Shown here: piece after piece, positions 12,064 to 25,192 of the stretch | How the letters are laid out: each line of letters begins with the position of its first letter | Position numbering within the stretch: the stretch's first letter is position 1 | Origin: Carcharhinus longimanus | Lineage: Eukaryota | Reading direction: 5' to 3' | Assembly (NCBI GenBank): GCA_030264375.1 | Contig: JASCQW010000122.1 | Span: forward strand, 11,620,116 to 11,684,115 | Length of the DNA: 64,000 nucleotides | The notes under the pieces: generated by a model | The model's input: only the letters and a program-made list of their open reading frames with translations | Databases searched by the model: none | Told to the model about the DNA's origin: nothing | Program-made: the position numbers and the translations under genes

Positions 12064-13429
12064 GTAAGACCCTGGGAAATATTAGCATCATGCTCTTGTC
12101 TCAACACTTCTCTTTATTAGCTATAAAAGGAACATTGTGTCATATCTGATGCAATGTAATTCTATTTAAGATATTCTTAACTTTCTATTCCATTGGAAAT
12201 CTTTTTGTTCCTCTCTTTGTTGTCTGGCCTCCCCCTAAATTATTTAATAATCTGTAAGGATTTATTTGCAAAGCAGATAAATACAAGTTATTGTTGCTAA
12301 TGTCATTTTGAATATAATCAACATTCTTTGTGTTGATGAAGGCGATGTGTTACTGCATGGGAATGGAACACAATCACTGCAGACATCAAGCGCAAAGTCA
12401 ACTGTAGTACGGTTTGGACAGCAAAACACTTTATTTTGCCCCAATCCATACAGAGCAGCCTGAGCTAGTCCCATGTTTTCCTTTTAGCACGTGCCATTTT
12501 GAGATTAATAATGTTGCATTAAATCAGGATGGCTTCTGCAAGTCTCAGCCATTGCGCTGATCAAAGACTGTTGAAACTCACCTCCCTTTCAGACTTTCAT
12601 CCTGTCAATTTGGCAGCATTAAAACTCATATTCCTAAAATTGTTCCTGTGCAATGCAATGAAACACATACAATCTGGGGTTGAGAAGACAGCCAGGAAAG
12701 TCTCTAGATCTGCAAATCCAAATGGACTATCTTGCATTCTGCCCTTGAAAAAGACAGACAAAAGATGCCGTGATCTCCATGGATCCAGCCTTGGCAACGT
12801 CTTTGGGCCCCACCCTCAGGAATGACGGCATAAAACACACTCCCTGCTTTTTTTGTGACAAAATATCAGAAGACCTGGAGGGAAAACCCACTTGTTTCCC
12901 TGGCGAGGAACACATTGGTTTCTCTGGAGAGAAAACCCTGCCTGTTTACCTGGGGAGAAACGAATCAGTTTTCAATCAGTACCTGACATTTTTGGGAAAA
13001 CTCTTCCCAAAATGTCAACTGGGCCGGGAATCGTGTAGACCACTGGCTACGCTGCTGGCTTTTCCTGCCAAATTTGTGAACGTTTTGAAAAAAAAATCCC
13101 CAGAAGGCAGGTATCATGTGGCGGGACGGGCTCTGAATGAACAATATTGGCTTTCAAAGGATTGGGCCATCCTCCTTAAGTTACTGGTGGGGAACAGTTG
13201 AGCAAGGAAGTCTCAGTGGTGTAAATGCTGTTTTGGGTTTCCTCTTCGATACTCCGCGCCACCCCCATCTGCTATTCCCACCTGCTGAAAACAAGGGTGG
13301 AGAATACCCCCATTGTCAGTGGCCATAATCATTGGGAATTCTTCCAATTCTCCAGGCATGAACATGACTAGCGTGTTCTTATATAATGCCAATTAAAATC
13401 TATTAATTATTAAATACAAATAACTCATT

Positions 13430-13760
13430 TTTGTAGCAGCTTTCACAACTTGGGGGTCCCAAAATAGCTGCTTTTACTTTATTGGAAAATGTAGCAGCCA
13501 ACTTGCATATAAGGTACTGGAAATGGCTGTTAGATGAATAACCAATTTTCTTTTGATGAGTTTAACCGCAAAATGTATATTGGCCAGGACACTGGGGGAA
13601 TTCTCCTGCTCTTCATCTTCACATAGTACCGTGAAACCTTCTGATGTTTTCTTCAACATCTCAGTGACAATCCAGCACTGCTTCAGCACTGTATTGAAGT
13701 GTTAGCCTAATTGTGTGTTCAGGCCACTGAATGAGACCCTATGATCTTCACATTCAGTGT
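13430..13760 (-). mobile_element. Decayed Deu-domain SINE
   Basis: tattggccaggacactgggggaattctcctgctcttc is the reverse complement of the Deu core; further copies at about 17205..17305 and 24220..24560. Confidence 0.6.
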
Positions 13761-13829
13761 TGAGCCAACTGGCACTGAGGAAGAACTGACTCCAGTTAAT
13801 TAAAATTAAAAATGAATCATAAAATTACT

Positions 13830-14147
13830 TCCCTTCCCCATGTCTCAGTGGATTAAGATACTGAATAGCTAAAACAGACCATTCATTGATCTTGGCAAAG
13901 TGGTCAATGAGGTCACAACAAATATCCTCAGCACCCTATGGCAATTTAAGGAAAAATGGTTCAAAGGTCCCACTTCTGTTGGCTATCCAAACACTCCTGC
14001 TCAAATAGCATGTTAGCTGAGGTCAGTATTCTGATTCCCCTGGCCAAACTGCCTACCAGCACTTCCTGTCTAGACTTGCATAAATAGTTATCTAGGCCTG
14101 GAGCCAGAGGACAACCAGCACTGAAGAAATTATATCCCAGCTAAGGA
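13830..14147 (+). mobile_element. Ancient SINE relic, AmnSINE2-like
   Basis: Ordered motifs ctcagtgg, acagacca, cctcagcaccc, gctatcca, gcct.ccagcact..ctgtctag, ccagagg...cccagc resemble my recollection of AmnSINE2; no alignment run. Confidence 0.45.
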
Positions 14148-16136
14148 AGTGGAGATTAGCAGGAATGACGTCTGGCAAACTGGATACGAGTTACCATGTC
14201 GAATGGCTAAGTGTTAGGTTTCAGATATAACTAATCTGCTGCGGAAACGCTTAACATTGAGATAATTCAATCATAACATGGAATACATCTTGGCGGTTCT
14301 ATGTTGCTTTGTCCCTCATTACTAGTGCCTGTTAGCTAACAGAATAAAATTTGACAGAGTGAACATTTTGTCCACTGTTTACTATATAACTAACAGCTAA
14401 TGCCTAGTGGTGAGTTTAGGAGTAATTCGATCCTGGTTCTGTCTCAAGCAGTCAAATTTATTAACTGTCTTTAATCTAGGAATTAACCACTCTTTCCCAG
14501 TGGGATAGCTGAATACATTAATGAAACTTTTAGAGGTTAACACACATTCATTGATGAGAGTTTCCATTATTTGTGGAAGCTGCGAATTGATATTTCAAAG
14601 TATTTTACATACGAGCTTCCATCTTCTTAAACCCTGCAGTTGGCAGTGCAGTACTTATACAACTCAGCCAGTTGCAGTATTTCACACCCTTTTTTTAAAA
14701 TTGCGGTCACTTGGCTTAATTTCAGTAATTAATGTACAGTAGTATGCAATTCTGCCCGTTGCAGAGTTTGACAAGCAATCTTTTTGTTATTGAAACCACT
14801 TAAATTCTGTAATTTTAAAAAAATGTGGTTGGTGTATTGAAATCTCACTGAAAGGGAACTGTCAGGCTACCGGACAGGAAAAGTCTTTCAGTTTCATGTT
14901 CAGTTTCAATTTCTATTAACTTAGTTACATTTTATCTTGCTCTCAAAGCATGCCATGGGATTTAGTATGGCTTAACTTAAGACGTATCATTAAAATTAAT
15001 ACTATTTTAAAGTTGAAATATGCTAGAACAGGTGAAAAGATTGTCTTTGTTTTTTTCGGTTGCAATAGTGCATCTTCATTATCCTGCACCCAAATGAAAA
15101 GCCAGAGACAACAATTACCCAGAACTTGAGAGACTGCTGGTTGGGATTCATTCACAACTTTATTTTATATATCATTATATTGGAGGACTGGCTTTGATAC
15201 TCGACTGCATGATGTTTGTTTTTTTAGGTGCTGAACAGCCTCCTGTATGGGGAGTAGGAAGAGCACACTGTTAATAAGCCAGAAGTGTGCCACTCGCCCT
15301 TTGATATGGGAATTTGAGTCCCCACTCCACACTGCAACAGGCGTTTGCCCCTTTTATATGTGTGAATAAGGACCCCTTGATATCTGTTTGAAGTCCTTAA
15401 ACAGAATGCTGCATGCCACAAACAGTACTAAACTGAATGTGTAACTGGGCGATGTAGGAGTGCACTTCCAGATATCATATTAATGGGACATAGGTCATTG
15501 ATGGCCACAGCCAACTTCTCACATGTCCATGTCCATGCTCCTATTCACAGCTTCTGAATGCTACATGTAAAATATTGATACAATGCTGTTAGCTTGCCAT
15601 TTTTTTTTTCATAATTTGTGATCAAAATCTAGATTTGTGAAGGTTCAATGACTTAAAAATGTAAAAACTTGAAGATTTTTTGTTTTTCTTAATATGTTGG
15701 GGATTCCCCCCCCCTTTACCCCGCAACATGCTCCATAGGGTCCATACTTTGAGATACATTATAAATAGGACCATGTTATTCCATAGCTGGCAGCTAACAC
15801 TCAGGATGAATGCCACCAGCACCAGGGCCAATATTGAATGTATATCTTTGCAGTTTTTACTTCTCATGCTCTAAACTAAATGAATGAATCAGGCGCTTTG
15901 TAAAACAGCAACTTTTAATTTCCCTTTTTTTCAGTAAGTGGCAGTGTTCATAGTGGCAGGGTGTGGTTTGGGGGCGAGCTTGTGGCCACATTTGCAGAAT
16001 AAAAATTTTGGGTTCCAAGGCAGACCCCATTCCATACTGAGCTCCAAGATCCAGCAGAGCCCAACTGAGTATTAAATCTATCAGAACTTTACCCAGCTCA
16101 GTTCTGCATACAATTCGGTGTATTGGATTTTTTCAG

Positions 16137-16307
16137 GCAAGGCAAAGTCCAACCAGGCCTAACTGAAGATGAACTTTGGCGAGCAAAATACATCTATGAT
16201 TCAGCTTTCCATCCAGACACAGGCGAAAAAATGCTTCTAATTGGGCGGATGTCTGCACAGGTCCCAATGAATATGACCATCACCGGTTGCATGCTGACAT
16301 TTTACAG
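16137..16307 (+). CDS. SFXN3: Sideroflexin coding exon 2 ([57 protein letters not shown])
   Basis: Contains the HPDTGE sideroflexin motif; acceptor tttttcag; ends AG|gcaagt (GC donor needed to keep frame); 171 nt. Confidence 0.94.
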
Positions 16308-16834
16308 GCAAGTTTCAAAAACAAAATATGTGCTTTCGTGGGCTGTTTATAATCTCATCCACTGGTTGAAGTCACAGCTTTTAGAACAAACCAGTTCTGT
16401 GTTTAAGTTATTGGCTAAAAGGCCCATATACACCCATACATTATATCACAATTTTGGTTCACTAATGTCCTTTAGGGAAGGAAATCTGCTGTCCTTATCT
16501 GGTCTGGCCTAGTTCAAGTTACACCTCAGTGGCATCAAATTCTATTGGCAGTATGAATCTGGCTGAAATATGACCTGGACTTTTATCCTTAGTTATATCC
16601 ATAAACATAACAAATTAATAAATATTTTACATTTATATACTGTCTCACAGGTCCTCACAATACCCCAAAATGGCTTGCACATGTACTATCGACATATACA
16701 AACACTAATCTTCATGCATCAAAGTCCCAAAAGCAACAATGAGACAAATGATTTGTTAATCATTTTGGTAACATTGGAGGTTATGTACTGAGAGAATGTT
16801 TCTATTCTTTCGGATTAGTGTCCTGGAGTCTGTT

Positions 16835-17200
16835 TATGGTGGCACGGTGGACGGCGCTGCTGCCTTATGGTGTGATCGGTGCTGCTGCCTCGCGGCACCA
16901 AGGACCTGGGTTCAATTCTAACCTTGGATGTCTGTCTGTGTGTAGTTCCTCCCCGTGTCCTTGTGGGTTTCCTTCCGAATGTTCCGGTTTCCTCCCACAG
17001 TCCAAAGATGTGCAGGTTAGGTGGATTGGCTGTGCTAAATTGCCCCTTAGTGTTCAAACATATGTAGGTTAGGCAGATTAGCCATTATAAATGTGTAAGG
17101 TTATGGGGATCGGCCTAGGTGAGATGTCCTTCCGGAGAGATGGTGCAGACTTGATTGCCTGAACAGGTTCCTTCTGCGCTACAGAGATCCTATCATTCTG
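16835..17200 (+). mobile_element. HE1-like V-SINE
   Basis: Head, central domain and tail all present. Confidence 0.82.
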
Positions 17201-18118
17201 TGAACATCAGAGGATAGCTGACACCTCACTTTAATATCTTATTCTGAAGACAACACTTCCGACAAGGTAGCACCCTTCTCCGTACTGTAATGAAGTGTCA
17301 GCCTCATCTTTTGCTCAAATCTCTCAACATAATTTTTAAAAACAAAAGTTGTACCTTTTTCTGATATTTGTTAATCAAAATGGGAAAGGTGGTTTGCTTT
17401 TGCGTCCAAAGTCTGTTGTGTTTAATTTTATTGAAAAGCCAAAACCAGGTAATTTTAATGTTTGCCTTAGCTTGATTAAGAATCAGATGTGATGCCAAAG
17501 TACTTAAACAAATACCTTGCAAAACTGAGCTTTTGTTTTGTCAGTTTTGCCCTTTCCTTTGTGCACTCTTTTGAAAAAAGGTCAGAGATAGTTGCATGGA
17601 TGAAGGAGCTCTTTAATTGCTTTGCGTACTTCTTTTGCTATTGTATTAAGCAAAAATGTAACATAAATAGCATTCTTTTAGTCACTTGAGCTTTATCTTC
17701 TATATCTGACTGGTTTCAGATTAATCAAAAAGTCGATTTGCTAAACAGGCCAAAGTTGCCTTCAAAACAGTCTATTGATTGGTAATTTTTAATTATGTAT
17801 TAATTATAATCAGGTACTGGACATTAATTGCTTATATAATGTGCAGATGAATATGTATATGGAATCAAGAATTATGATTGGAGATGCACGTAATGTGTGA
17901 CTGTAAATAAAAATTTCAGTGTATAAAGACTTCAGTTATACTGTCTGTTGCCCTGACTGAATTATACAATGGCTTTGAGGAGAATTAAATATGAGCCATG
18001 AAGAAATAGAGCCTGTAATGGCCAATGTTCCTTGCATATGTGCTTGTGCATTAAGCCCAGCTTCTCTGCTCAGAGCAAGATGTCATTGGCTTCTTAACTT
18101 TTACCCTCTTTTTGACAG

Positions 18119-18217
18119 GACAACTCCAGCAGTAGTCTTTTGGCAATGGACCAATCAATCCTTCAATGCAATTGTCAACTATACCAACAGAAGTGGAGAC
18201 GCACCACTGACAGTGGG
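18119..18217 (+). CDS. SFXN3: Sideroflexin coding exon 3 ([33 protein letters not shown])
   Basis: Asn-rich WQWxNQSFNAxVNYxNRS motif; acceptor tttgacag; donor GG|gtgggt; 99 nt. Confidence 0.94.
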
Positions 18218-18337
18218 GTGGGTAATTCTGAATCACTTCTAGATGCACTCATGAATAATAACTGACCTCTGTTGTTTTATTTCAATTGCTAGGACACTGA
18301 TTACCAGTTTTTATAGACCTCTTTCATATAGCATTTG

Positions 18338-18682
18338 AGTGGCACAGTGGTTAGCACTGCTGTCTCACAGCACCAGGGATTCGGGTTTGATTCCAGCTTT
18401 GGGTGTCTCACTGTGCGGAGTCTGTGTGTTTTCCTTGTGTTTGTGTAGGTTTCCTGCGGATGCTCCAGTTTCCTCCCACAGTCCAAAGATGTGCAGGGCA
18501 GGTGGATTAGCCATGCTAAATTGCCCCTTAGTGCCCCAAGATGTGTAGTTTAGGGAACTTAGTGGGGTAAATACATGGAGATATAGAAATTGGGCCTGAC
18601 TATGATGGTCTGTTGGAGAATTGGTGCAGCCTCGATGGGCTGAATGGCCTCCTGTACTGTAGGAATTCTATGATTCTATGAT
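18338..18682 (+). mobile_element. HE1-like V-SINE
   Basis: Full length, ending in attctatg repeats. Confidence 0.85.
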
Positions 18683-19462
18683 CCCAATGAGCTTTTTACC
18701 TATTTGAAATAAATGCATGTAGGTGTCTGAACAAAGAAAATTAAATCATGTTCGGTCGTAGCTGCAATCCTAATGTTTCTGGAAGAAAAGTGTCCTAATT
18801 CATTTCAGTGGCTTTGCAATTCACATTCATGCTTTTGTTTCTCTCTCAGTTTCCATTGATTTGAGCATTTTCAGCCCTGTTCTAACTACAGTACAGTACT
18901 GTTAATATATCTGGACTGCTCAAATGAGAAAGTTAGTCAGCTGGTGACCTATGTGATTTTTTTTTACATTAGTATTGTTGCGTAGAATGACAGTCTAGTC
19001 GTCCAGTGAGTAGCGTTCCTGCTTCTGGGCAAAAATTGGATTCGAGTCCCACCTCAGAATTCGGAAGATGTGTTCATAAAATCGTCAATTAGATTGGGTA
19101 TTAACTTGAAAATCCTTCCAACACATGCCAGTGGCAGGTAACGAGTGGGGAGTGATTCCTGGTCAGCTTTGTGATAGAAAGAATATTGGAAGTTCAACCA
19201 TAGCTCCACACTATAACATGCGTGTAAAGTGATGTAGTGCATGGAAAAAAGCTGATTGTACACTGGTTAGTGTGATTCTAAGATTCTTTTAAAATTTGTA
19301 AGCCAAAAGATGTTTATTCTGCCTAAATTATGATAATCCATTCGGATATAGTAGAACACTTGAAAATCAGAGAAAATAACTTGTGTACATCATAGTTTGC
19401 ATTTTTAAAAATTAACTGAGCAAAAGACTAAGTCCATTAGGGCTAATGTACTGCCAACATAC

Positions 19463-20100
19463 AATCACAGAATCACAGAATATTACAGTGCAGAAGCGGC
19501 CCTTCGGCCTATCGAGTTTGCACCAATGCATGAAAGGCCATGACCTGCCCACCTAATCCCGCTTGCCAGCACTTGACCCTTGAATGTTATGGCGTGCCAA
19601 ATATTCATTCAGGTACCTTCTTTAAAGAATGCGAGGCATCCTGCCTCCACCACCATCCCAATGCATTCCAGACCATCACCACCCTCTGAGTAAACAAGTT
19701 TTTCCTCAAATCCCCCTAAACCTCCCACCCTCACTTTTAACTTGTGTCCCCTCATACCTGACTCTTCAACTAAGGGGAACCGCTGCTTCCTATCCACCCT
19801 GTCCATGTCTCTCATAATTTTGAATACCTCAATCAGGTCACCCCTCAATCTTCTCTGCTCCAATGAAAACAAGTTTACCCCAGTCCAGCGCCGGCATCTC
19901 CACATCATGGCCACCATTGACACCGCAAACTGCCAGCTCCAAGTGGAGAGGATCTCCAGGAAGATTGCGTATATCGACACAGACATCAAGTTTCTACAAA
20001 GTTTACCCCAGTCCAACGCTGGCATCTCCACATCATGGTCAACAAAAACAACCCAAGCCTATCCAAGCTGTCTTCATAACTGAAATGTTCCATCCTAGAC
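19463..20100 (-). mobile_element. CR1 3' fragment interrupted by a Penelope-derived insert (19871..20038)
   Basis: LFSLEQRRLRGDLIEVFKIMRDMDRVD; tail repeats cacagaat. Confidence 0.85.
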
Positions 20101-20523
20101 AGCAATGATCACTTTATATATAGGATTAAACCCCATCCATACTGATCTAATAATACACATTACCTTAACCTAAAAAGGCAACCTGTACTTCATGTAGTCA
20201 AAGCTTCTCGGCCTGACATTGCTTAATGGTGCTGAATATGAACAGTTTTGATTGGTGGCTCCTCTACTCACTTGGGATGGTTTCAGCCTTGCCAAACTCA
20301 TTCCACACAGGGCTCTTGATATAATGAAAAGACACCTATCTTCTATACTGCACTGAATTAAAATTCAGTTACAAAAGAACAATCTACTGGTCTACTGTAC
20401 CACTCCATTCCAGAACTAAGCCCAACTTAAAATAAATCTTGCTCCGGGTATCCTCTAACTTTGAGAAGTTTGAATGATTCTATATTCGTTCTAAATGCTT
20501 ACTTTCTTTTTAACTCTTTACAG

Positions 20524-20599
20524 TCAACTGGGTACTGCGTATGTCAGTGCAACAACTGGTGCTGTTGTCACAGCTCTTGGACTGAAGTCTCTCACCAAG
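20524..20599 (+). CDS. SFXN3: Sideroflexin coding exon 4 (QLGTAYVSATTGAVVTALGLKSLTK)
   Basis: Acceptor tttacag; donor AAG|gtgatc; 76 nt; phase-compatible with neighbours. Confidence 0.94.
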
Positions 20600-21199
20600 G
20601 TGATCTTAATAAACTTTTTAAAATTCTGCAGTCTTGCTGGAAAATTTAGCAAAATGTTTTTTTTTAGTTATTATTTTCTTCTTTGTGCTGCTTTGTAACA
20701 CACTGGTTAACAATTCTGCACAATTTACTGTTTTTGTTCTTGGTTCCTTCATGATCACGAGGCCAGAAGCCTGGAATTCACTGATCACTCCCATCACGGG
20801 AGCACTATCTTCACAAAGGCTGCTACAACTCCTGGGAGAATGGTGGGGGGAACTGAAGATGTGAAATACTTGCCAGTTGGCCAGCATTGCCCACATCCTG
20901 AAAGCAAATGGTTTTGTTCGGGTGGTTTAAAGCAACATAGCTAGGATTGTCAAAGTAGCACAGACAGTAATTGATGGAAGCCTGTTACACAGTCTGTTAA
21001 AGAAAGTTACACCAATCATTAGTAAGTTTGTTTGCTGCAGATGGGTAGAGTTAAACAAAGCCTCATTGATAGAATCAGTGGCATTAATGCTGCTCAGGAG
21101 ATTATATTTCAAACCTACATGTCGGCTGATAATTTAAAAAAGTGAGGACTCTTGTAATTGCTTCATGCACCCAATTGAGTATAAGTAACAAGAGACTTT

Positions 21200-21428
21200 G
21201 AGAGGAATTCTCCGGCTGTTCACACTGAGATGGGGGGGTGGGGGGGGCACATTCTCCAGTCCAGCTGGCAGTTCACCCCCCTCACGTGAGTTTCCTGGTG
21301 GCGTGGAGTAACATCAATGGGAAATCCCAATGACAGCAGCGGGACCAGAAAATCCCACCGCTAGCGAGCTGCATGCTGTCTCCCACCTCTGAGAAGCACG
21401 TAGCTGGGAGGCTGGAGAATTTCCACCC
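21200..21428. mobile_element. MITE-like element (Harbinger-like TIRs)
   Basis: Ends ggaattctcc ... ggagaatttccaccc; related to 9647..10253 and 31340..31540. Confidence 0.55.
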
Positions 21429-21795
21429 CGTTCCCCCCCCCTTTATTCTTTTAACCATTGGATTCTGGAAGGGAAGAAAGATCCATTGTAAGTACAATTC
21501 ATTGTCTCCTACATATTCACAAAAGCATTATTGATGGAAGAGCATGAATGAAATCGGTGGCATATTTCACCTTTAAACTTAATTGCTCCAAGGTCAGGAT
21601 AGATCCAGTTTTTATAGCACTTCTATTTAATGTCATTTAATAATAACTTCAGTATAAATCTGATAGTTTAGTTTGCAGTTAAATCTGTATGATAATCAGT
21701 TTCATTCTTTTCATCAAAACGGAGACCCTGTGTGGAATTTCCCTGTTTAGGTCCAAATCCCGTGGTGGGGGCGGAAGCTTGCTGTGTTTCCTGCT

Positions 21796-22297
21796 GATTT
21801 GATTTATTATTGTCACATGTATTAACATACAGTGAAAAGTATTGTTTCTTGCATGCTATACAGACAAAACANNNNNNNNNNNNNNNNNNNNNNNNNNNNN
21901 NNNNNNNNNNNNNNNNNNNNNNNNNNNNNNNNNNNNNNNNNNNNNNNNNNNNNNNNNNNNNNNNNNNNNNNCATACAGTGAAAAGTATTGTTTCTTGCAT
22001 GCTATACAGACAAAACATACTATTCATAGAGAAGGAAATGAGAGTGCAGAATGTATTGTTATAATCATAGCTAGGATGTAGAGTAAGATCAACTTAGTGC
22101 AAGGTCCATTCAAAAGTCTGATGGCAGCAGGGAAGAAGCTGTTGTTGAGTTAGTTGGTATGTGACCTCAGACTTTTGTATCTTTTTCCCGATGGAAGAAG
22201 GTGGAAGAGAGAATGTTCGGCCATGGAGTCCTTAATTTTGCTGGCTGCTTTGCCGAGACAGTGGGAAGTGTAGACAGAGTCAATGGATGAGAGGCTG
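21796..22297 (-). mobile_element. Rex1/Babar LINE 3' end (short tail copy also at 27522..27645)
   Basis: ORF track HSLFHLLPSGKRYKSL, typical of the Rex1 ORF C-terminus; tail aataaatcaaatc. Confidence 0.8.
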
Positions 22298-22419
22298 TTG
22301 GAAAACCACGCTGTATCATCTGCCTCCGACCTCATTAATGATGCACCCAGGGGTTTAGTGTCATATTCTGGGGTGGGTATGATGGCGCGAGTCATTGGGG
22401 GGAGGGGGCGGTGGCGATT

Positions 22420-23062
22420 GGGAAATTTTCAGATGACACAAAAATTGGCCATTTAGTAGATCATGTAGAGGATGTGTGTAAGTTCCAAAATGATATAGAT
22501 GAGATGATGGAATAGGCAGGAAAGTGGCAAATGGAGTTTGACTCTGATAAGTGTGAGGTAATGCATTTAGGGAGACCAGGCAGTAAAAGGAAAGGATGCA
22601 ATTGCTCTGGAGAGAGTGTGGAGGAGGTTTACAAAAATGTAGCCAGGGCTGGAGAGATTGGAGAGGTTGTGGGAATCCTGAGGTGATATCTGTTGTCAAT
22701 AAATAGGAATAGGAATATACTGAGAGGAATGGATGAAGTGAGATATCTTGACATGCAAGTGCACAGATCCCCCAAGGTAGCAGTACAGGTAAATAAGATT
22801 GTAAAGAAGACATATGGAATGCTCTCCTTCATTGGCAGAGGTATAGAATACAAAAGTAGGGATATAATGATTAAACTGTATAAGACATTGGTGAAGCAAC
22901 TGGAATATTGTGTGTAGTCCTGGTCACCACATTACAGGAAGAAGGTAACTGCTCTGGTGTGAATGCAAAGAAGGTTTAGCCAGGGCTAAAAGAATATAGC
23001 CAGGGCTGGAGAATTTTAGCCAAGGAGAAAGATTGGAGAGGTTGTGGGAATCCTGAAGTGAT
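22420..23062 (+). mobile_element. Rearranged CR1 fragments
   Basis: FSDDTKIG-like and KTYGMLSFIGRGIEYKS...LYKTLV motifs; segment gattggagaggttgtgggaatcctga.gtgat occurs twice. Confidence 0.75.
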
Positions 23063-23658
23063 GAATGGAGGTCAGCAACTGAACAACACAAGGTTTATTT
23101 TCCTAACACTGATACTCGCTGTCAAAAGAACTGTAATAAGCCAATGGGGGCCTCCTCTGGAAAGCTCTGGGGAATTGGTGGGGGGCGGGCGCGGTGGTGG
23201 TGCATGCAGTTGGGGCTCTCCATGTATGTATGGGGAGGGGGTAAGGGGGAGGGGACAAGAGATCAGGGTGCAGCTTAAGAAACATGCCTTGATCTCAGGA
23301 TTCCCATCATTGCTGGCTTTTTCCAGCCGTACCAGCAGGACAACGTGAGTCAAGCTTGCAGATTTATTTTGCGCAGAGTGCTACACCATGTGGGAAGAAA
23401 AGCCGACTGCAGGTGGCGAGCTGAGTGAGGTTTTCTCACCTCAACCAGCACCCTGTGCAAAAAAGGGAAATTACTGCTCTGGTTCTAACTCGTCTGTGGG
23501 ATGGAGTGGAGATAACAACTGCAGGCCAAAGGCTCCCAGGTTTCCTTTGAAGACAGGAATGAGTGATCACAAATTTCTTGGAACTGATCTTGCCAGATTT
23601 GATTGAGTTAGTGATCATTAACGATTAACAGTGTTTCTTTTTTTCTTCTTTCCTGCAG

Positions 23659-23744
23659 CATTTGCCCTCCCTGGTTGCACGTTTTGTGCCTTTTGCCGCA
23701 GTAGCTGCTGCCAACTGTATCAATATCCCTCTCATGCGGCAGAG
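23659..23744 (+). CDS. SFXN3: Sideroflexin coding exon 5 ([29 protein letters not shown])
   Basis: [20 protein letters not shown] motif; strong acceptor; donor AG|gtaaga; 86 nt. Confidence 0.95.
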
Positions 23745-24879
23745 GTAAGACCACCGCAAGATGAAAGTTGGGACAAAGGGGCAGCAGGCAGGGTGATGGG
23801 GAAGGAACTACGAGTGCTGGAAATCTGATACCAAACTAGAAACAGTGGAAGTATGTAGAAGGTCCATCAACCTCTAAATAAAGGCATGACTGTTTGTACT
23901 TCTGACCCTTTGTCAGAGCTGTAGTCTGGAGAAAGAGATAGCCCTATATTAATCAAGCAAAGAATATAGGAGAGAAAAGATAGAGGTAAGGAATCTGCAA
24001 TGGCAACTATCATCAATAAAATGCAGTTAATAATTCATCAGCTTCTTGTTTAAAAACATGGAAAGGATGACGACATGTTAGATGACGTTATGGAAGTAGA
24101 ATTCTATTTGTACTCAAATTTCAAGTAGAAAAGTTCCACAATTCAAAGAATTTTTAGGAAATAAAAATTATTTTTTCCTGGACCAGGATCTAATTTTGTC
24201 ATTTGGCTGTCATATAGTTAAAGAAAGATTTGCATCTTATTACTACTTCTCTGAAATGGCATAAAAGGCTTTGGACCACAATGTTCAACTTTGCAATGAA
24301 GAGAAAAATGACCCTTTATTCCATTTTTACCAAGTTTGTTTGAGAGTTACATGATGGCCCAAAATATTTCCCTCTCTTCTTTGACTAATGCTTTTGACCT
24401 GAACCAATGTGACAGGGGGGGCAGAGTAAACAAGGTTTATCATCTCATTTAAAGGGGTACACTTCTTACAGTTTGCAGCACTGCCTCAATGCTTAAATTC
24501 AGCATAAAAAATATGTCAAAGTCATGGAGTGGGGTTGACCCGGCACTTTTGGACTCGGGCAAAATCAATATCAAAAGATTCACACAGTAGCAAGGCTGGC
24601 ATTTGTTTGAGCTCCAATGATATTGGTTTGTATCTAACAAGCCTGATAAATTTCTAAAGCATTTGGGAACATTTTAGGGGTTCAAAAACTTGGGAGTAGG
24701 ATTTCTGCATGGTTTCTTCCATAAGATCAGCAGGACACCCAGTGGAAAGAGCTGTGTCATTTTCTCTAGTATTTCAACATTCTTTCACTAGAAGATTGTG
24801 AAAAGTCTAGCAGTCATTTTTGGCGTTAATGTGTAAATGAAATTTCTGAGCAGGACCCTGGGGGACTCCTGCACTACTT

Positions 24880-25192
24880 GCCGTGGCACTGTGGTTAGCA
24901 CTGCTGTGTCACAATGCCAGGGACCTGGATTTAATTCCTGGCTTGGGTCACTGCCTCTGTGGAGTCTGCACATTCTCCCCATGTCTGCGTGGGTTTGCTC
25001 TGGCTTTCTCCTGCAGTCCAAAGATGTGCAGGTTAGGTGGATTGACCATGCTAAATTGCCCCTTCGTGTCAGAGGGATTTGCAGGGTAGATAAGCGGGGT
25101 TAGGGGGATAGAGCTTGGGTGGGATCGTGGTCAGTGCAGACTTGATGGGCCGAATATCCTCCTTCTGCACTGTAGGATTCTATGATTCTATG
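24880..25192 (+). mobile_element. HE1-like V-SINE (inverted SINE head fragment follows, 25191..25275)
   Basis: Full length with attctatg tail. Confidence 0.85.

Noticed and set aside
21826-22019. Exact 46-57 nt direct repeats flanking 100-N gaps (also 39183/39340 and 54733/54889)
   Set aside because: Pattern of overlapping contig ends joined by fixed-size gaps; assembly artefact rather than biological repeats.
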